From assembly GCA_963832745.1 (NCBI GenBank), contig CAWHVC010000003.1, positions 96,001 through 160,000 on the forward strand: a stretch of 64,000 bases of DNA, given 5' to 3'. How positions within the stretch are numbered: position 1 is the stretch's first letter; every line of letters begins with the position of its first letter. The notes under the pieces were generated by a model that saw nothing but the letters and a program-made list of their open reading frames with translations, was not told where the DNA came from and did no database searches. Positions 49,441-58,072 of this stretch are shown in pieces. Position numbers and translations under genes: made by a program. This DNA is from Candidatus Bathyarchaeota archaeon (GTDB taxonomy: Archaea > Thermoproteota > Bathyarchaeia > Bathyarchaeales > Bathycorpusculaceae).

Positions 49441-50898
49441 TTGAGTAAATTAAGAGGTACTGTAAAGTTTAAAGAAGATTTGTTGGCGATTTTTCGTCAT
49501 TTAAAGAAAAATCCCCAAGAACCCGACCCTATTAAAAGCTGGGCTGTCGTACCCTTTGAAGGCAAAATCAACGGAAAAACACAGAGAATTGACAACAAAC
49601 GAGCATTAGCCGCCTATTTTGGCATTAGCCACATGAAGCTTTATGACATTCTAAAAAAGAACCCTCATGGAGTAGTTGATGCTTCAAAGCCTAAAACAGT
49701 TCAACCCGAAAGCGCAAGGCAGTATCAAGAAACCATTATCCACACTGAAATCATTAAACGCTATGCCAAATACATTAACCCACAAACAGGCTTACTAACA
49801 GGACACGGTGCATCTGTTGACCGCATGGGCGAAAACCTTTTTTTCATGTTCAAACGTGACCCAGCGCTTTTAACAAAGGAGCAGTATGTGCAGGCTGTTC
49901 GTGACCCCCGATTTGCAAAGGCTGACGGCTCAATAAAAGTGGAACAACTCAGCAAAATTAGACTTGTTTTAGATACTGCCGCCCAACTAAAAGACGTTCC
50001 CATAAGTGGCTACAAATTTAGAGATGGTGACGAATTTTATGAACGAGGCTTACAGATTAAAGGCGGCAAATTGGAACTCTACTTACAAGAGCATGAACTA
50101 ATACAATTTGTCAAAAACATTGACTGTATAGACACTTTAGTAATGCACAGACTCGGCTTAGAAGCTGGAAGCCGTATTTCAAGCGCAATGTTGGTTAGCC
50201 GCGAAAATATCTTGTTTGACCTAAACACCATTGTGATGTATGAACCAAAAGTCAAGAAAAAAGAAAAACGCATCTTTGCCACTGAAACACTCGATTTTAT
50301 TAACATGTACATCAGAGAATGCCCTAAGCCAACGCCACAAAACCCCCGAAACATCGGTATAATCGGAAAACTCTTTGAAAGGCACAAGAGCGCAGGCAAA
50401 AATTATCAAAGCTATAATAGTAGCATTAGACGGGCTGGCTTTAATGCTGGACTATGGGGCTACCAGACCGACGCAAAAGGAAAACCAATGTTTACTGAAA
50501 AAACAGTTAGAAAACGAGGCGGCGGCGGTGCATTAGGCAAAGAAAAACACTACTTAACAGAAGGTAAGTTGACAACAAGCCACACAACAATGAAGCACAC
50601 CTTTGTAAGCCTTTCAAGTCAACACGGTTTTAGCATTGATGATTGTGCAAGACAAACAGGAACCAAAGCAAGCACCCTTACAGACTTCTATCACGGCGGC
50701 GGCGAAAGTACACTTTTAGCGCTTATTTTGGGGAAAAGAACTTTCGTGCCTTGGCATGTGTGGATTAGGGAAACTATAGACCCCCTTTATCGAAAACAAT
50801 ATACTGATTTGAAGAGACAGGGCAAATGGACTATTTCGAGCGAGCAACAACGCATTGAAGAAAAGACGCTTAGCGATAAAATCGAGGATGAAGCCTAA
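49441..50898 (+). CDS. Tyrosine recombinase/integrase (divergent)
   Basis: LGLEAGSRISS (R), PKVKK (K), TSHTTMKHTFVS, ARQTGT..STLTDFY (Y); TTG start after GGTGA. Confidence 0.8.
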   Translation: MSKLRGTVKFKEDLLAIFRHLKKNPQEPDPIKSWAVVPFEGKINGKTQRIDNKRALAAYFGISHMKLYDILKKNPHGVVDASKPKTVQPESARQYQETIIHTEIIKRYAKYINPQTGLLTGHGASVDRMGENLFFMFKRDPALLTKEQYVQAVRDPRFAKADGSIKVEQLSKIRLVLDTAAQLKDVPISGYKFRDGDEFYERGLQIKGGKLELYLQEHELIQFVKNIDCIDTLVMHRLGLEAGSRISSAMLVSRENILFDLNTIVMYEPKVKKKEKRIFATETLDFINMYIRECPKPTPQNPRNIGIIGKLFERHKSAGKNYQSYNSSIRRAGFNAGLWGYQTDAKGKPMFTEKTVRKRGGGGALGKEKHYLTEGKLTTSHTTMKHTFVSLSSQHGFSIDDCARQTGTKASTLTDFYHGGGESTLLALILGKRTFVPWHVWIRETIDPLYRKQYTDLKRQGKWTISSEQQRIEEKTLSDKIEDEA

Positions 50899-51056
50899 TG
50901 GCTGATTCCTTTTTGACTGTTGAAGATGGCGAGGTTATGGTTAACATTAACTGCCGTTTTCATCATGCCCACATTTCCTTAAAGCAATACAACGCAATTA
51001 AGAAATTGCGGTTAGCGCCAAGCCGAGATGATGACTTCGACCCAACCCCTTTCTAA
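50898..51056 (+). CDS. Proviral hypothetical protein (52 aa)
   Basis: TAATG overlap with integrase stop; MADSFLTVEDGEVMVNINCRF... Confidence 0.5.
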   Translation: MADSFLTVEDGEVMVNINCRFHHAHISLKQYNAIKKLRLAPSRDDDFDPTPF

Positions 51057-51069
51057 GAGGCTGAAAACT

Positions 51070-51252
51070 TTGCACGACTCAGACAAAGAATTAGTCTGTT
51101 GGGTTATTGTCGCTATCTTGGTTTCTGTTGTGGCTGGCTGTTTGATGTTCTACATGATGCACTTAAGTGTCTCAAACAGTCAAGCAATCCCACTTTCAGA
51201 CCCAGCCAACCCACTAAACCCAATATGGCAGGTGAAGGACTTTGGAAGATGA
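51070..51252 (+). CDS. Proviral single-TM protein
   Basis: TTG after GAGG; TM helix; DPANPLNP. Confidence 0.6.
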   Translation: MHDSDKELVCWVIVAILVSVVAGCLMFYMMHLSVSNSQAIPLSDPANPLNPIWQVKDFGR

Positions 51253-51378
51253 TTGGACTTTTGACTGCCTTTCTTTTCTAATCGGTGGCGATGTTGTTAT
51301 CTTTATTTTTATTGCATTAGCTCTGTTAGGGTTTGTTTAGGAACAAAGTTTTTTAACTCAACCAAACAACCTTTTTTT

Positions 51379-51564
51379 ATGTCACCAAATAAAAACGGCT
51401 TACCTTGCCCTAAATGCAAGACCGAAACTCAAGACCTTTTCTCTGTTGAAAATGGAACCGAAAAAATATTTTGTCTTGTTTGTGGTACCGAGAAAGGACT
51501 TTTAGAAACAGGGGATACCCCAAAAAGCGCCTGCGGCGCACGGCACAAAGTAGCGCAAGTCTAA
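51379..51564 (+). CDS. Proviral zinc-ribbon protein
   Basis: CPKC...CLVCG. Confidence 0.6.
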   Translation: MSPNKNGLPCPKCKTETQDLFSVENGTEKIFCLVCGTEKGLLETGDTPKSACGARHKVAQV

Positions 51565-51652
51565 AGAAGTATTCAGGGGTGACCCCCAAAAAGGTTTTTT
51601 GAAGTCTTTTAATTGACTTGATTTTGTTTTTTGAAGTGTAAGAATGTCAATT

Positions 51653-51680
51653 TATGCAGAAACCTAAGAGGGGTAGGTCG
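51653..51680 (+). repeat. attR: core TATGCAGAA plus right half of dispersed repeat
   Basis: TATGCAGAA-ACCTAAGAGGGGTAGGTCG; upstream sequence unrelated to the repeat. Confidence 0.88.
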
Positions 51681-51797
51681 CCTATTGGTTGAAAAGCGCG
51701 CATGTGCATGTTAAAAAAATTAGTGCTTATACAAGAAAAGAGCAACTTGAAGAGAGAGAGAACAGAGCAAAGCACGTAAACAAGCCAAAAAACAGAA

Positions 51798-52055
51798 TTA
51801 CATGTGCTCAACTATTTCAATCACATTAACGGTTGAAGCAATCCAACGCAAATACGCGTTAACCGTGGCCCGTAAAGCAATAGTGTCGTCCGCATCAACC
51901 GTTAACACAAGAAAGTTATCGTTCACCTGCAAATCCACATTTGCTCGATGGGTAACAGGCGAGTTAACTTCAGGCTTCAACGCCGCAACTGCCGCCGTCA
52001 ACTGTTTGGAGTCACAGAATTTCAAACATATAGACGCTTTAGCCTTAATCGCCAT
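51798..52055 (-). CDS. pcc1: KEOPS complex subunit Pcc1
   Basis: AALKPE...ADDTIALRATVNAYLRWI; exosome operon context. Confidence 0.9.
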   Translation of the reverse strand: MAIKAKASICLKFCDSKQLTAAVAALKPEVNSPVTHRANVDLQVNDNFLVLTVDADDTIALRATVNAYLRWIASTVNVIEIVEHM

Positions 52056-52146
52056 TAATTTTCACTTGAGAATTAATTATTGTTCAAATAGATAAGGCTA
52101 AGTCAGAAACAAAAAATAAAATAAGTTATAGAAGAAAAGAAGCCGT

Positions 52147-52485
52147 TTACTCGACTTCTTCTTCGGTTGTTGCCGTCTCAACTGCTGGAGCAGTGGTTTT
52201 TGCGGTTTCTTCGGCTACTGCACCTTTTGCAGACCGCCTAGCTACAATACCAAGTTTTGTCAGTGGAGTGTATGCTCCGCCTGCATAGGTATAGTTGCAT
52301 TTACCGCATTGCCAGACGCCGACACTTACGCGGTGTACTCTAACGAAACCGCATTGTGGGCACTTGTGAGGCCTCTTTAGTTCAGTTATCACTTTTACAT
52401 AGCGTTTTCTAACTGTGGAGCCGTAACGTACGCCTAAACCACGAGTTGGACCAACTTTCTTCATTTTCGGCAACTTTTTCACCAA
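52147..52485 (-). CDS. rpl37ae: 50S ribosomal protein L37ae
   Basis: GVRYGSTVRKR, CPQC, WQCGKC, AGGAY. Confidence 0.95.
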   Translation of the reverse strand: MVKKLPKMKKVGPTRGLGVRYGSTVRKRYVKVITELKRPHKCPQCGFVRVHRVSVGVWQCGKCNYTYAGGAYTPLTKLGIVARRSAKGAVAEETAKTTAPAVETATTEEEVE

Positions 52486-53270
52486 TCAAGTTTCTTACGC
52501 AGTTCTGCTGCTTTTGCTTGTGCAATCTTTGAAGCTTCTAAAATCTGTTGCGGTGTGAAATAGCCTGAACCACCTTTCTGGATGGCGCAAATGTTACCTT
52601 CATCGTTGGTTGCCATGGTGAGTCTTGAGTCCATTACTTGTTCTTCTTCAAGTTGAGGATCAACGATTAGTTGGTTGTTGATTTTGCCGATTGTAACAGT
52701 GATTGGGTGACTCTTCATTGGTAGTGGTGTGTAGCCTTGCTTGATTTTCAGTTCGCCATCTTTGATTTCATAGTTTGGCATTTTAGTGTTTAGCAATGCA
52801 GCCATTGCAGCTAATGCGGAAGCGTCAATCAGGTTACCGTCATGATTCAACACGTAAACGTCTACGAAGACAACGAAGACTTTTTTGCCTGCTTCAATGC
52901 ACAGTTTTTCTGTGTCGATAGCATGTGATTCACGTATTCCACGGTCAACGATTCTTGCGAGTTCAATGCTGTTTTCGTCTGGTGGTCCTGGCTCAAAGTT
53001 TGGTGAAGCTAACGGTACAAGTTCAGCGTTTACTGTTTGTACACCATCATTTGGTGTATCTGGGAATGGTTCGCCGGTTTCAACTTTAACGCCGACCAGA
53101 ACCTCGGTTTTTCCTAGGTAAACACGTGCTGAACCTTCGGCTTTCTCGATTATTCCTTGTTCAAGTTTGATAGGTCGGTAATCTTGCAGGCCACGTTCAT
53201 CTAAACGTTGGCCTTTTTCGATGTGCTGACTAATTTGCTTCAGTCTAACTCTTGTAATAAGTGATGACAT
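52479..53270 (-). CDS. rrp42: Exosome subunit Rrp42
   Basis: RNase PH fold; KAEGSA, FEPGPPDE, HDGNLIDA. Confidence 0.95.
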   Translation of the reverse strand: MSSLITRVRLKQISQHIEKGQRLDERGLQDYRPIKLEQGIIEKAEGSARVYLGKTEVLVGVKVETGEPFPDTPNDGVQTVNAELVPLASPNFEPGPPDENSIELARIVDRGIRESHAIDTEKLCIEAGKKVFVVFVDVYVLNHDGNLIDASALAAMAALLNTKMPNYEIKDGELKIKQGYTPLPMKSHPITVTIGKINNQLIVDPQLEEEQVMDSRLTMATNDEGNICAIQKGGSGYFTPQQILEASKIAQAKAAELRKKLDW

Positions 53271-54019
53271 TACTCTTCAACCTCTTTATCTTCTACGTCT
53301 TTAACAACCATATATTTGGTTTTTAACGCTTCTTTCTGCATCTCATAGATTTTCTTGCAGCCACCCATAGCCAAATCTATAGCTTGCTGGAATTCATCCT
53401 GAGTTAGGATACCATCCATTTGAAGCAGAGTAATAGCGTTTAATGCGGGCATGTAAGCAACTGGAACATCTGCGGCGCCAAGCTTGTCTTCTGCATCGAA
53501 CAAGTCAAGAACAACAGTGTCGTCGACTTTTCCAGCTGCACAAGCAACTACAAGGTCACGCATTGGGACACCAGCGTCAGCAATTGCTAAAGCTGCAGCA
53601 GTGATGGCTGCGCATCTTGTTCCGCCGTCTGCTTGCAATACTTCTATGAAAACGTCTACGCCTGTTCTTGGGTAAAGTTCCAGGAACAATGCTGGTTCGA
53701 GTGATTCACGGATTACTTTTGAGAGTTCAACTTCTCTTCTGGATGGTGCTGGTGATTTTCGTTCTTGAACTGAGAATGGCGCCATGTGATAGCGGCATCT
53801 TAGAACCATTCTGTCTGCAAGTGCTAAGTGTTTTGGATGCATTTCTCTTGGGCCGAAAGCTGCGGCTAAAATCTTGTTTTTACCGTGTTCAATGTAAGCT
53901 GAACCATCAGCGTTTGAGAGTACACCGACTTGAAGTTTTAGGGGCCGAAGTTCATCCGCTTTGCGGCCATCTAATCTAATACCTTTTTTGTCAATCAATT
54001 TATCGGGTTTTTCATTCAT
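53270..54019 (-). CDS. rrp41: Exosome subunit Rrp41
   Basis: [24 protein letters not shown]. Confidence 0.96.
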   Translation of the reverse strand: MNEKPDKLIDKKGIRLDGRKADELRPLKLQVGVLSNADGSAYIEHGKNKILAAAFGPREMHPKHLALADRMVLRCRYHMAPFSVQERKSPAPSRREVELSKVIRESLEPALFLELYPRTGVDVFIEVLQADGGTRCAAITAAALAIADAGVPMRDLVVACAAGKVDDTVVLDLFDAEDKLGAADVPVAYMPALNAITLLQMDGILTQDEFQQAIDLAMGGCKKIYEMQKEALKTKYMVVKDVEDKEVEE

Positions 54020-54722
54020 TTTGGGGTTCCTCCACTGTTACTTTACTTTCTTTAAGAAGTTGGGTGATACGATCGGTTAGACCACTTGTGTGGGATTCCT
54101 GCTCGATTTTTCTAATAGCTGTGATAGCGAGTTCCTCGTCTTCTGGGGTCTTACCAGTGACCAAAATTACTCCGTTGAGTCCAAGAATAATTTGGCAGTT
54201 TGTTTCCTGTTTAATCATAGAAATCATTGAACCTTTTCTGCCGATGACTCGTGGAATCTTTGTTGGAACAACATGAAGTAATTGTCCACGGGTAATTTTT
54301 CCAAGGCCTGGTTCTCCAACGGTAAGTTGTGGGTCATGCGCTCGGTCGTATGAAGCGATTTTTGCAACAATTAAATCGCCTGCATTTAAAACTTGAGATA
54401 ACTCGTCATTTTGAGGCTTAAAAGGCCTGCTTAAGACGTCGGATGCTCGTAGCATTGCAGTGTAGGGTGACTTAATATCAACTGTCCAACCGTTAAATCC
54501 AACTTCCGTAACGGTTCCAATAACTATGTCGCCTACTTTAGGCACGTAAAAAGCCCTAAGCGCAACCACGTTGACCTTTTTGTTGTCGATATCTACAAGT
54601 CCAATTCGTTGAGCGTAGATTTTGTTTTCTTCAACATACGTGTTTTCGCCGGGTAAATAGTCGCCTTCTGCAAGCATTTCTCCAGGCGTAACAAGCTGTT
54701 TTTTTTCAAAGAATGTTGGCAT
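54012..54722 (-). CDS. rrp4: Exosome RNA-binding subunit Rrp4
   Basis: S1 ([11 protein letters not shown]) and KH ([10 protein letters not shown]) domains. Confidence 0.95.
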   Translation of the reverse strand: MPTFFEKKQLVTPGEMLAEGDYLPGENTYVEENKIYAQRIGLVDIDNKKVNVVALRAFYVPKVGDIVIGTVTEVGFNGWTVDIKSPYTAMLRASDVLSRPFKPQNDELSQVLNAGDLIVAKIASYDRAHDPQLTVGEPGLGKITRGQLLHVVPTKIPRVIGRKGSMISMIKQETNCQIILGLNGVILVTGKTPEDEELAITAIRKIEQESHTSGLTDRITQLLKESKVTVEEPQNE

Positions 54723-54757
54723 AAAATTCTCTTCCAAATTTTAGTTTTCCATTATTT

Positions 54758-55450
54758 TTAAGATATTATTTTTGCTTCTCCACTTCCCTTAGTTACGTCG
54801 CCAAGTTTGTTTAGCACCGAAGCATAAACTCCAGCAGGCATTTCGATTTCCCCATACCAGGAGCCATCACCGCGCCATTCTTCACGTTTAAGAACACCAA
54901 AAGACTTGATTGTTCCATAAGCTCTTGAAGCGAACTGTGATGGCACTTTTACTGCAACAATAACTTGCTCAATCTTTAAAGGCAAAATTGGTCTAAGCAG
55001 TTTAACTATATCCTTTGATTGCTCCTCAACTGACTTGTAAGGGTCAATAGGGTAACGGATTTGCTCCATGGCGTTTTCGATACGTGCCGGTGGATGCGGC
55101 AGATTTGTTTTGGGGTCAACTGCTTGGCGAGAGATAAAATCAATAATTTGCCTGCGTTTATCATCAACCATCTTGCGTCTTTGATCGGTTGTTAACTGCA
55201 AGGTGCCTTTCTTTAAAATTTCATCCGCAATTTTTAATGGGTCAACTGTTTTGAAGGCTTTTTTCATTATTTCTTCAGAAACTTTGGTACCCTTATTAGC
55301 GTCAGAAAAAACAGTTTCAGCGGCTAAAACCTCGGTAATTGCCGATGTTTTGCCGTTTCGGTAATCTAACGCTTTTTGCGGTTTTACTAAGATTTCGAAG
55401 TGCTCGTTGTCTTTGGTTAAGCGTGCAACGGTGAACCTTTCACTCATCAC
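54758..55450 (-). CDS. Ribosome maturation factor SBDS/Sdo1
   Basis: HFEILV, LQLTTDQRR, DPKTNLPHPP. Confidence 0.95.
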   Translation of the reverse strand: MMSERFTVARLTKDNEHFEILVKPQKALDYRNGKTSAITEVLAAETVFSDANKGTKVSEEIMKKAFKTVDPLKIADEILKKGTLQLTTDQRRKMVDDKRRQIIDFISRQAVDPKTNLPHPPARIENAMEQIRYPIDPYKSVEEQSKDIVKLLRPILPLKIEQVIVAVKVPSQFASRAYGTIKSFGVLKREEWRGDGSWYGEIEMPAGVYASVLNKLGDVTKGSGEAKIIS

Positions 55451-55454
55451 AACG

Positions 55455-56183
55455 TCACTTGCTTGAACCCAGCTCTTTAATGTAAGAGTCTATTTTTTCG
55501 TCAGAGAGCATCTCAAGCGTTTTAGTGGCAGTTGGTATGATAGCAATTTTGATGCGTGGCGGAAGCTGCCTTGCCTCTAAAGCTTTTACTAAGCATTTTA
55601 CTGCAAGTTTTGTTGTGTCCTCAAGACTAATGGTTTCTTTGTAGTCTTCTTTGAGAATGTTCAGGACTGTTTCTCTTCCTGCGCCTAAAGCGGTTGCTTT
55701 GTAGCCTCTGTATGTTCCGCTGGGGTGTGTTCCGAAAACGCGTGAACCAGTCTTGTCGACTCCTGCGAAGATTATTGACACTCCGAAGGGTCTTACACCG
55801 GCATGCTGCGTATACATTTGTTGTATATCGCAGATACGTTTGGTTACAACCTCAACATCTATGGGTTCATCGTAAGTTAATTTATTGCTTTGAGCATAAA
55901 CTCTCGCCTGATCAATCAGGATTCTTGCGTCGGAACTAAGACCAACAATTGCTGCTCCAATATGGTCATCTACACGGAAGATTTTGTAAGAGAAGCCTGC
56001 TTCTTCAAGGACTTCGATGCTTTCTTCAGAACCAAGCACGACACCTTCAGCGGTTTGGATGCCTAAAATTGTGGCTCCACGATTAACTAATTCCATGGCA
56101 TATTCTACTTGGAAAAGTCTGCCATCGGGGGAGAAAACAGTAATTGCGCGGTCATATGCTCCGGGTGCTGCAAATACAGACAT
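55455..56183 (-). CDS. psmA: Proteasome alpha subunit
   Basis: YDRAITVFSPDGRLFQVEYA, GVRPFGVS. Confidence 0.97.
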   Translation of the reverse strand: MSVFAAPGAYDRAITVFSPDGRLFQVEYAMELVNRGATILGIQTAEGVVLGSEESIEVLEEAGFSYKIFRVDDHIGAAIVGLSSDARILIDQARVYAQSNKLTYDEPIDVEVVTKRICDIQQMYTQHAGVRPFGVSIIFAGVDKTGSRVFGTHPSGTYRGYKATALGAGRETVLNILKEDYKETISLEDTTKLAVKCLVKALEARQLPPRIKIAIIPTATKTLEMLSDEKIDSYIKELGSSK

Positions 56184-56677
56184 AACGTTAACCTCACTTT
56201 ACACTTCTACACTTTGCACAGTCTCATATAATAACTAAACTAAAAACCTTTCCTATTAAAGCAATCTGGGGGTTGACTATGCAATCCACAAATTGCAACA
56301 CTATTTAGCAAATATACAATAAGTCCATACACATTTGTAAACTTAACGCTGAAAAAACTAAAAGCTTGATTGAATTTTAAACTAAAAAATAGAGCCAAGA
56401 CAACACTTTTTTGTATGAAATACCCAGGTCTTCTTGCTTAAAAAATCTTTACAAACCAATTTTAACGGCAATTAACAGCCAACCACTGGTTTTGTATTTC
56501 TTAACAGGTAAGCAAACGTTTGGTTAAAGTTAAGTACAATTAGATTAGAAAACGCTGGATTTTTCCACTCGGCAAGCATACGTCAAGAAAAACGGCATTC
56601 TGGAAAATGTTAACTGGGATCAAGTCAACAAAAACATGGAGTCATGTTAAGTAAGCAAGATTTTTTCAAAAAAAGAA

Positions 56678-56992
56678 TTAGGGTGGAGTTATTTTTATGG
56701 CTTGTGTGGGGCACTGCATCTCGCAAGCTAAACACTGTATGCAATCTTTTTCTCTTGCAGGGTCAGATTTTTTCTCTGAAAGGGAGTTTCCAGGAGATTC
56801 AGCCCACTCATAAAGCGATACAGGACAAACATCGACACATACGCCGTCACCGACGCAGACATCCCAGTCAACTGCAACGTTTGTTCCGTGAACGCCAAGC
56901 TTGTTAGGAGGTTCAACTGGACCCCAAACGTTATGGCCATTATGTTCTGATACTACTTTGCGGTTTTTTTGAAAATCAGGATCAATAGGCAA
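56678..56992 (-). CDS. Zinc-containing dicluster ferredoxin (Zfx-type)
   Basis: IDPDF..H-GH-VWGP..LGVHGT N-terminal extension plus two Fe-S motifs. Confidence 0.88.
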   Translation of the reverse strand: MPIDPDFQKNRKVVSEHNGHNVWGPVEPPNKLGVHGTNVAVDWDVCVGDGVCVDVCPVSLYEWAESPGNSLSEKKSDPAREKDCIQCLACEMQCPTQAIKITPP

Positions 56993-57090
56993 AACAATTC
57001 ACCATCAATAAAGCGGAAAAGCGGAAATATTAGTTTTTCTCCAAGTCTTGTTTAGGCAAAATATTATCTAAACCCCTTTCTAATTCTTAA

Positions 57091-57864
57091 ATGGTTAAAA
57101 TGACTCGTTATAGCCTGCCGACTGGAATGCGGTATGCTACCCTCAGCGAAAGAGAACAGTTTTACAGAGAAGAGTTCAACCTAAATAGGGTAGCCGAATG
57201 GTTCAGCCATCCAGTGGGTAAAATAAAGTTTGCAGTAATTATGGGCAGGCATACACAGATTTACCCCGAAAAGTACCGAGACAACGCCGCAACAACTATC
57301 ATCATTGATGACTACACGAGCCTTGAAGATGTTAAGGGTGAAGTTGTGGAGTTTTTGCCCGAAGCAGTATATTATGACCGAACCGTTTACGGCGAAAACA
57401 ACGAAAAACTCGGACAGGAGCTCGCTTTTGATCTTGATCCAGAAAATGTAGTTTGCCCCATTCATGGCAGCCTTGAGGATAAGATGAAGCGTGGGCAGGG
57501 CTTAAGCTTCTGCGAACTGGAACTAGACATTGTTAAACGTGAAGCGACTGATTTAATCGAAAAGTTAGGAATCCGTTTTTCCGATTTGAGGGTTGTTTAT
57601 TCGGGAAGAGGCTTTCATATTCACGTTTTTGACCAAGAAGCATACGGTTTAAACCAAAAGCAGCGGCTTGAGATAGCCCGCGAAGTTAAGCATGCAGGTT
57701 TTCATATTGATGAATGGGTTACCTCTGGCGAAATGCGGCTAATTCGGTTGCCCTTTAGCCTCAATGGTTTAGTGTCACGTATAGTGTTACCTCTACAGAA
57801 ACAGGAGCTTGAAGCTTTCAACCCAGTTACCGACGAACGGTGTAAACCAAAATTTTTGGGTTAA
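57091..57864 (+). CDS. Archaeo-eukaryotic primase small-subunit domain protein
   Basis: ELAFDLD, YSGRGFHI, IDEWVT..RLIRLP-SL. Confidence 0.85.
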   Translation: MVKMTRYSLPTGMRYATLSEREQFYREEFNLNRVAEWFSHPVGKIKFAVIMGRHTQIYPEKYRDNAATTIIIDDYTSLEDVKGEVVEFLPEAVYYDRTVYGENNEKLGQELAFDLDPENVVCPIHGSLEDKMKRGQGLSFCELELDIVKREATDLIEKLGIRFSDLRVVYSGRGFHIHVFDQEAYGLNQKQRLEIAREVKHAGFHIDEWVTSGEMRLIRLPFSLNGLVSRIVLPLQKQELEAFNPVTDERCKPKFLG

Positions 57865-57868
57865 ACGA

Positions 57869-57958
57869 CTACTTTTTTACGTCTTTAGCTTTCTTTTCAG
57901 ATTTACTGTAATAGTAGGCTTGCTTCTTTTTTGTGTCTTCAGCTTTTTGTTTTGCCAT
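57869..57958 (-). CDS. 29-aa Lys-rich microprotein
   Basis: MAKQKAEDTKKKQAYYYSKSEKKAKDVKK; GAGGG SD and TATAAAG box upstream. Confidence 0.45.
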   Translation of the reverse strand: MAKQKAEDTKKKQAYYYSKSEKKAKDVKK

Positions 57959-58072
57959 AACAAACCCTCAAAAACATGTAAACTTTATATGCATAAAAAA
58001 TTTGTCTTAAAATGCGAGAATTGAAAGGTTTATTTGGCTTTTGCACCTTACCTTTAAAGTGCTGGTTTATTT

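Larger units (their letters stand above)
39124..51661. mobile_element. Integrated provirus with double-jelly-roll capsid (STIV/Turriviridae-like, Varidnaviria)
   Basis: 9-bp direct repeats splitting a host repeat; MCP, packaging ATPase, tyrosine recombinase; compact co-oriented small ORFs. Confidence 0.9.

Noticed and set aside
51249-51340. Short ORF MIGLLTAFLF-stop whose -1 frame continues as a hydrophobic peptide
   Set aside because: No canonical slippery heptamer and too short to call. With the other lesions it raises the possibility of indel errors in the assembly
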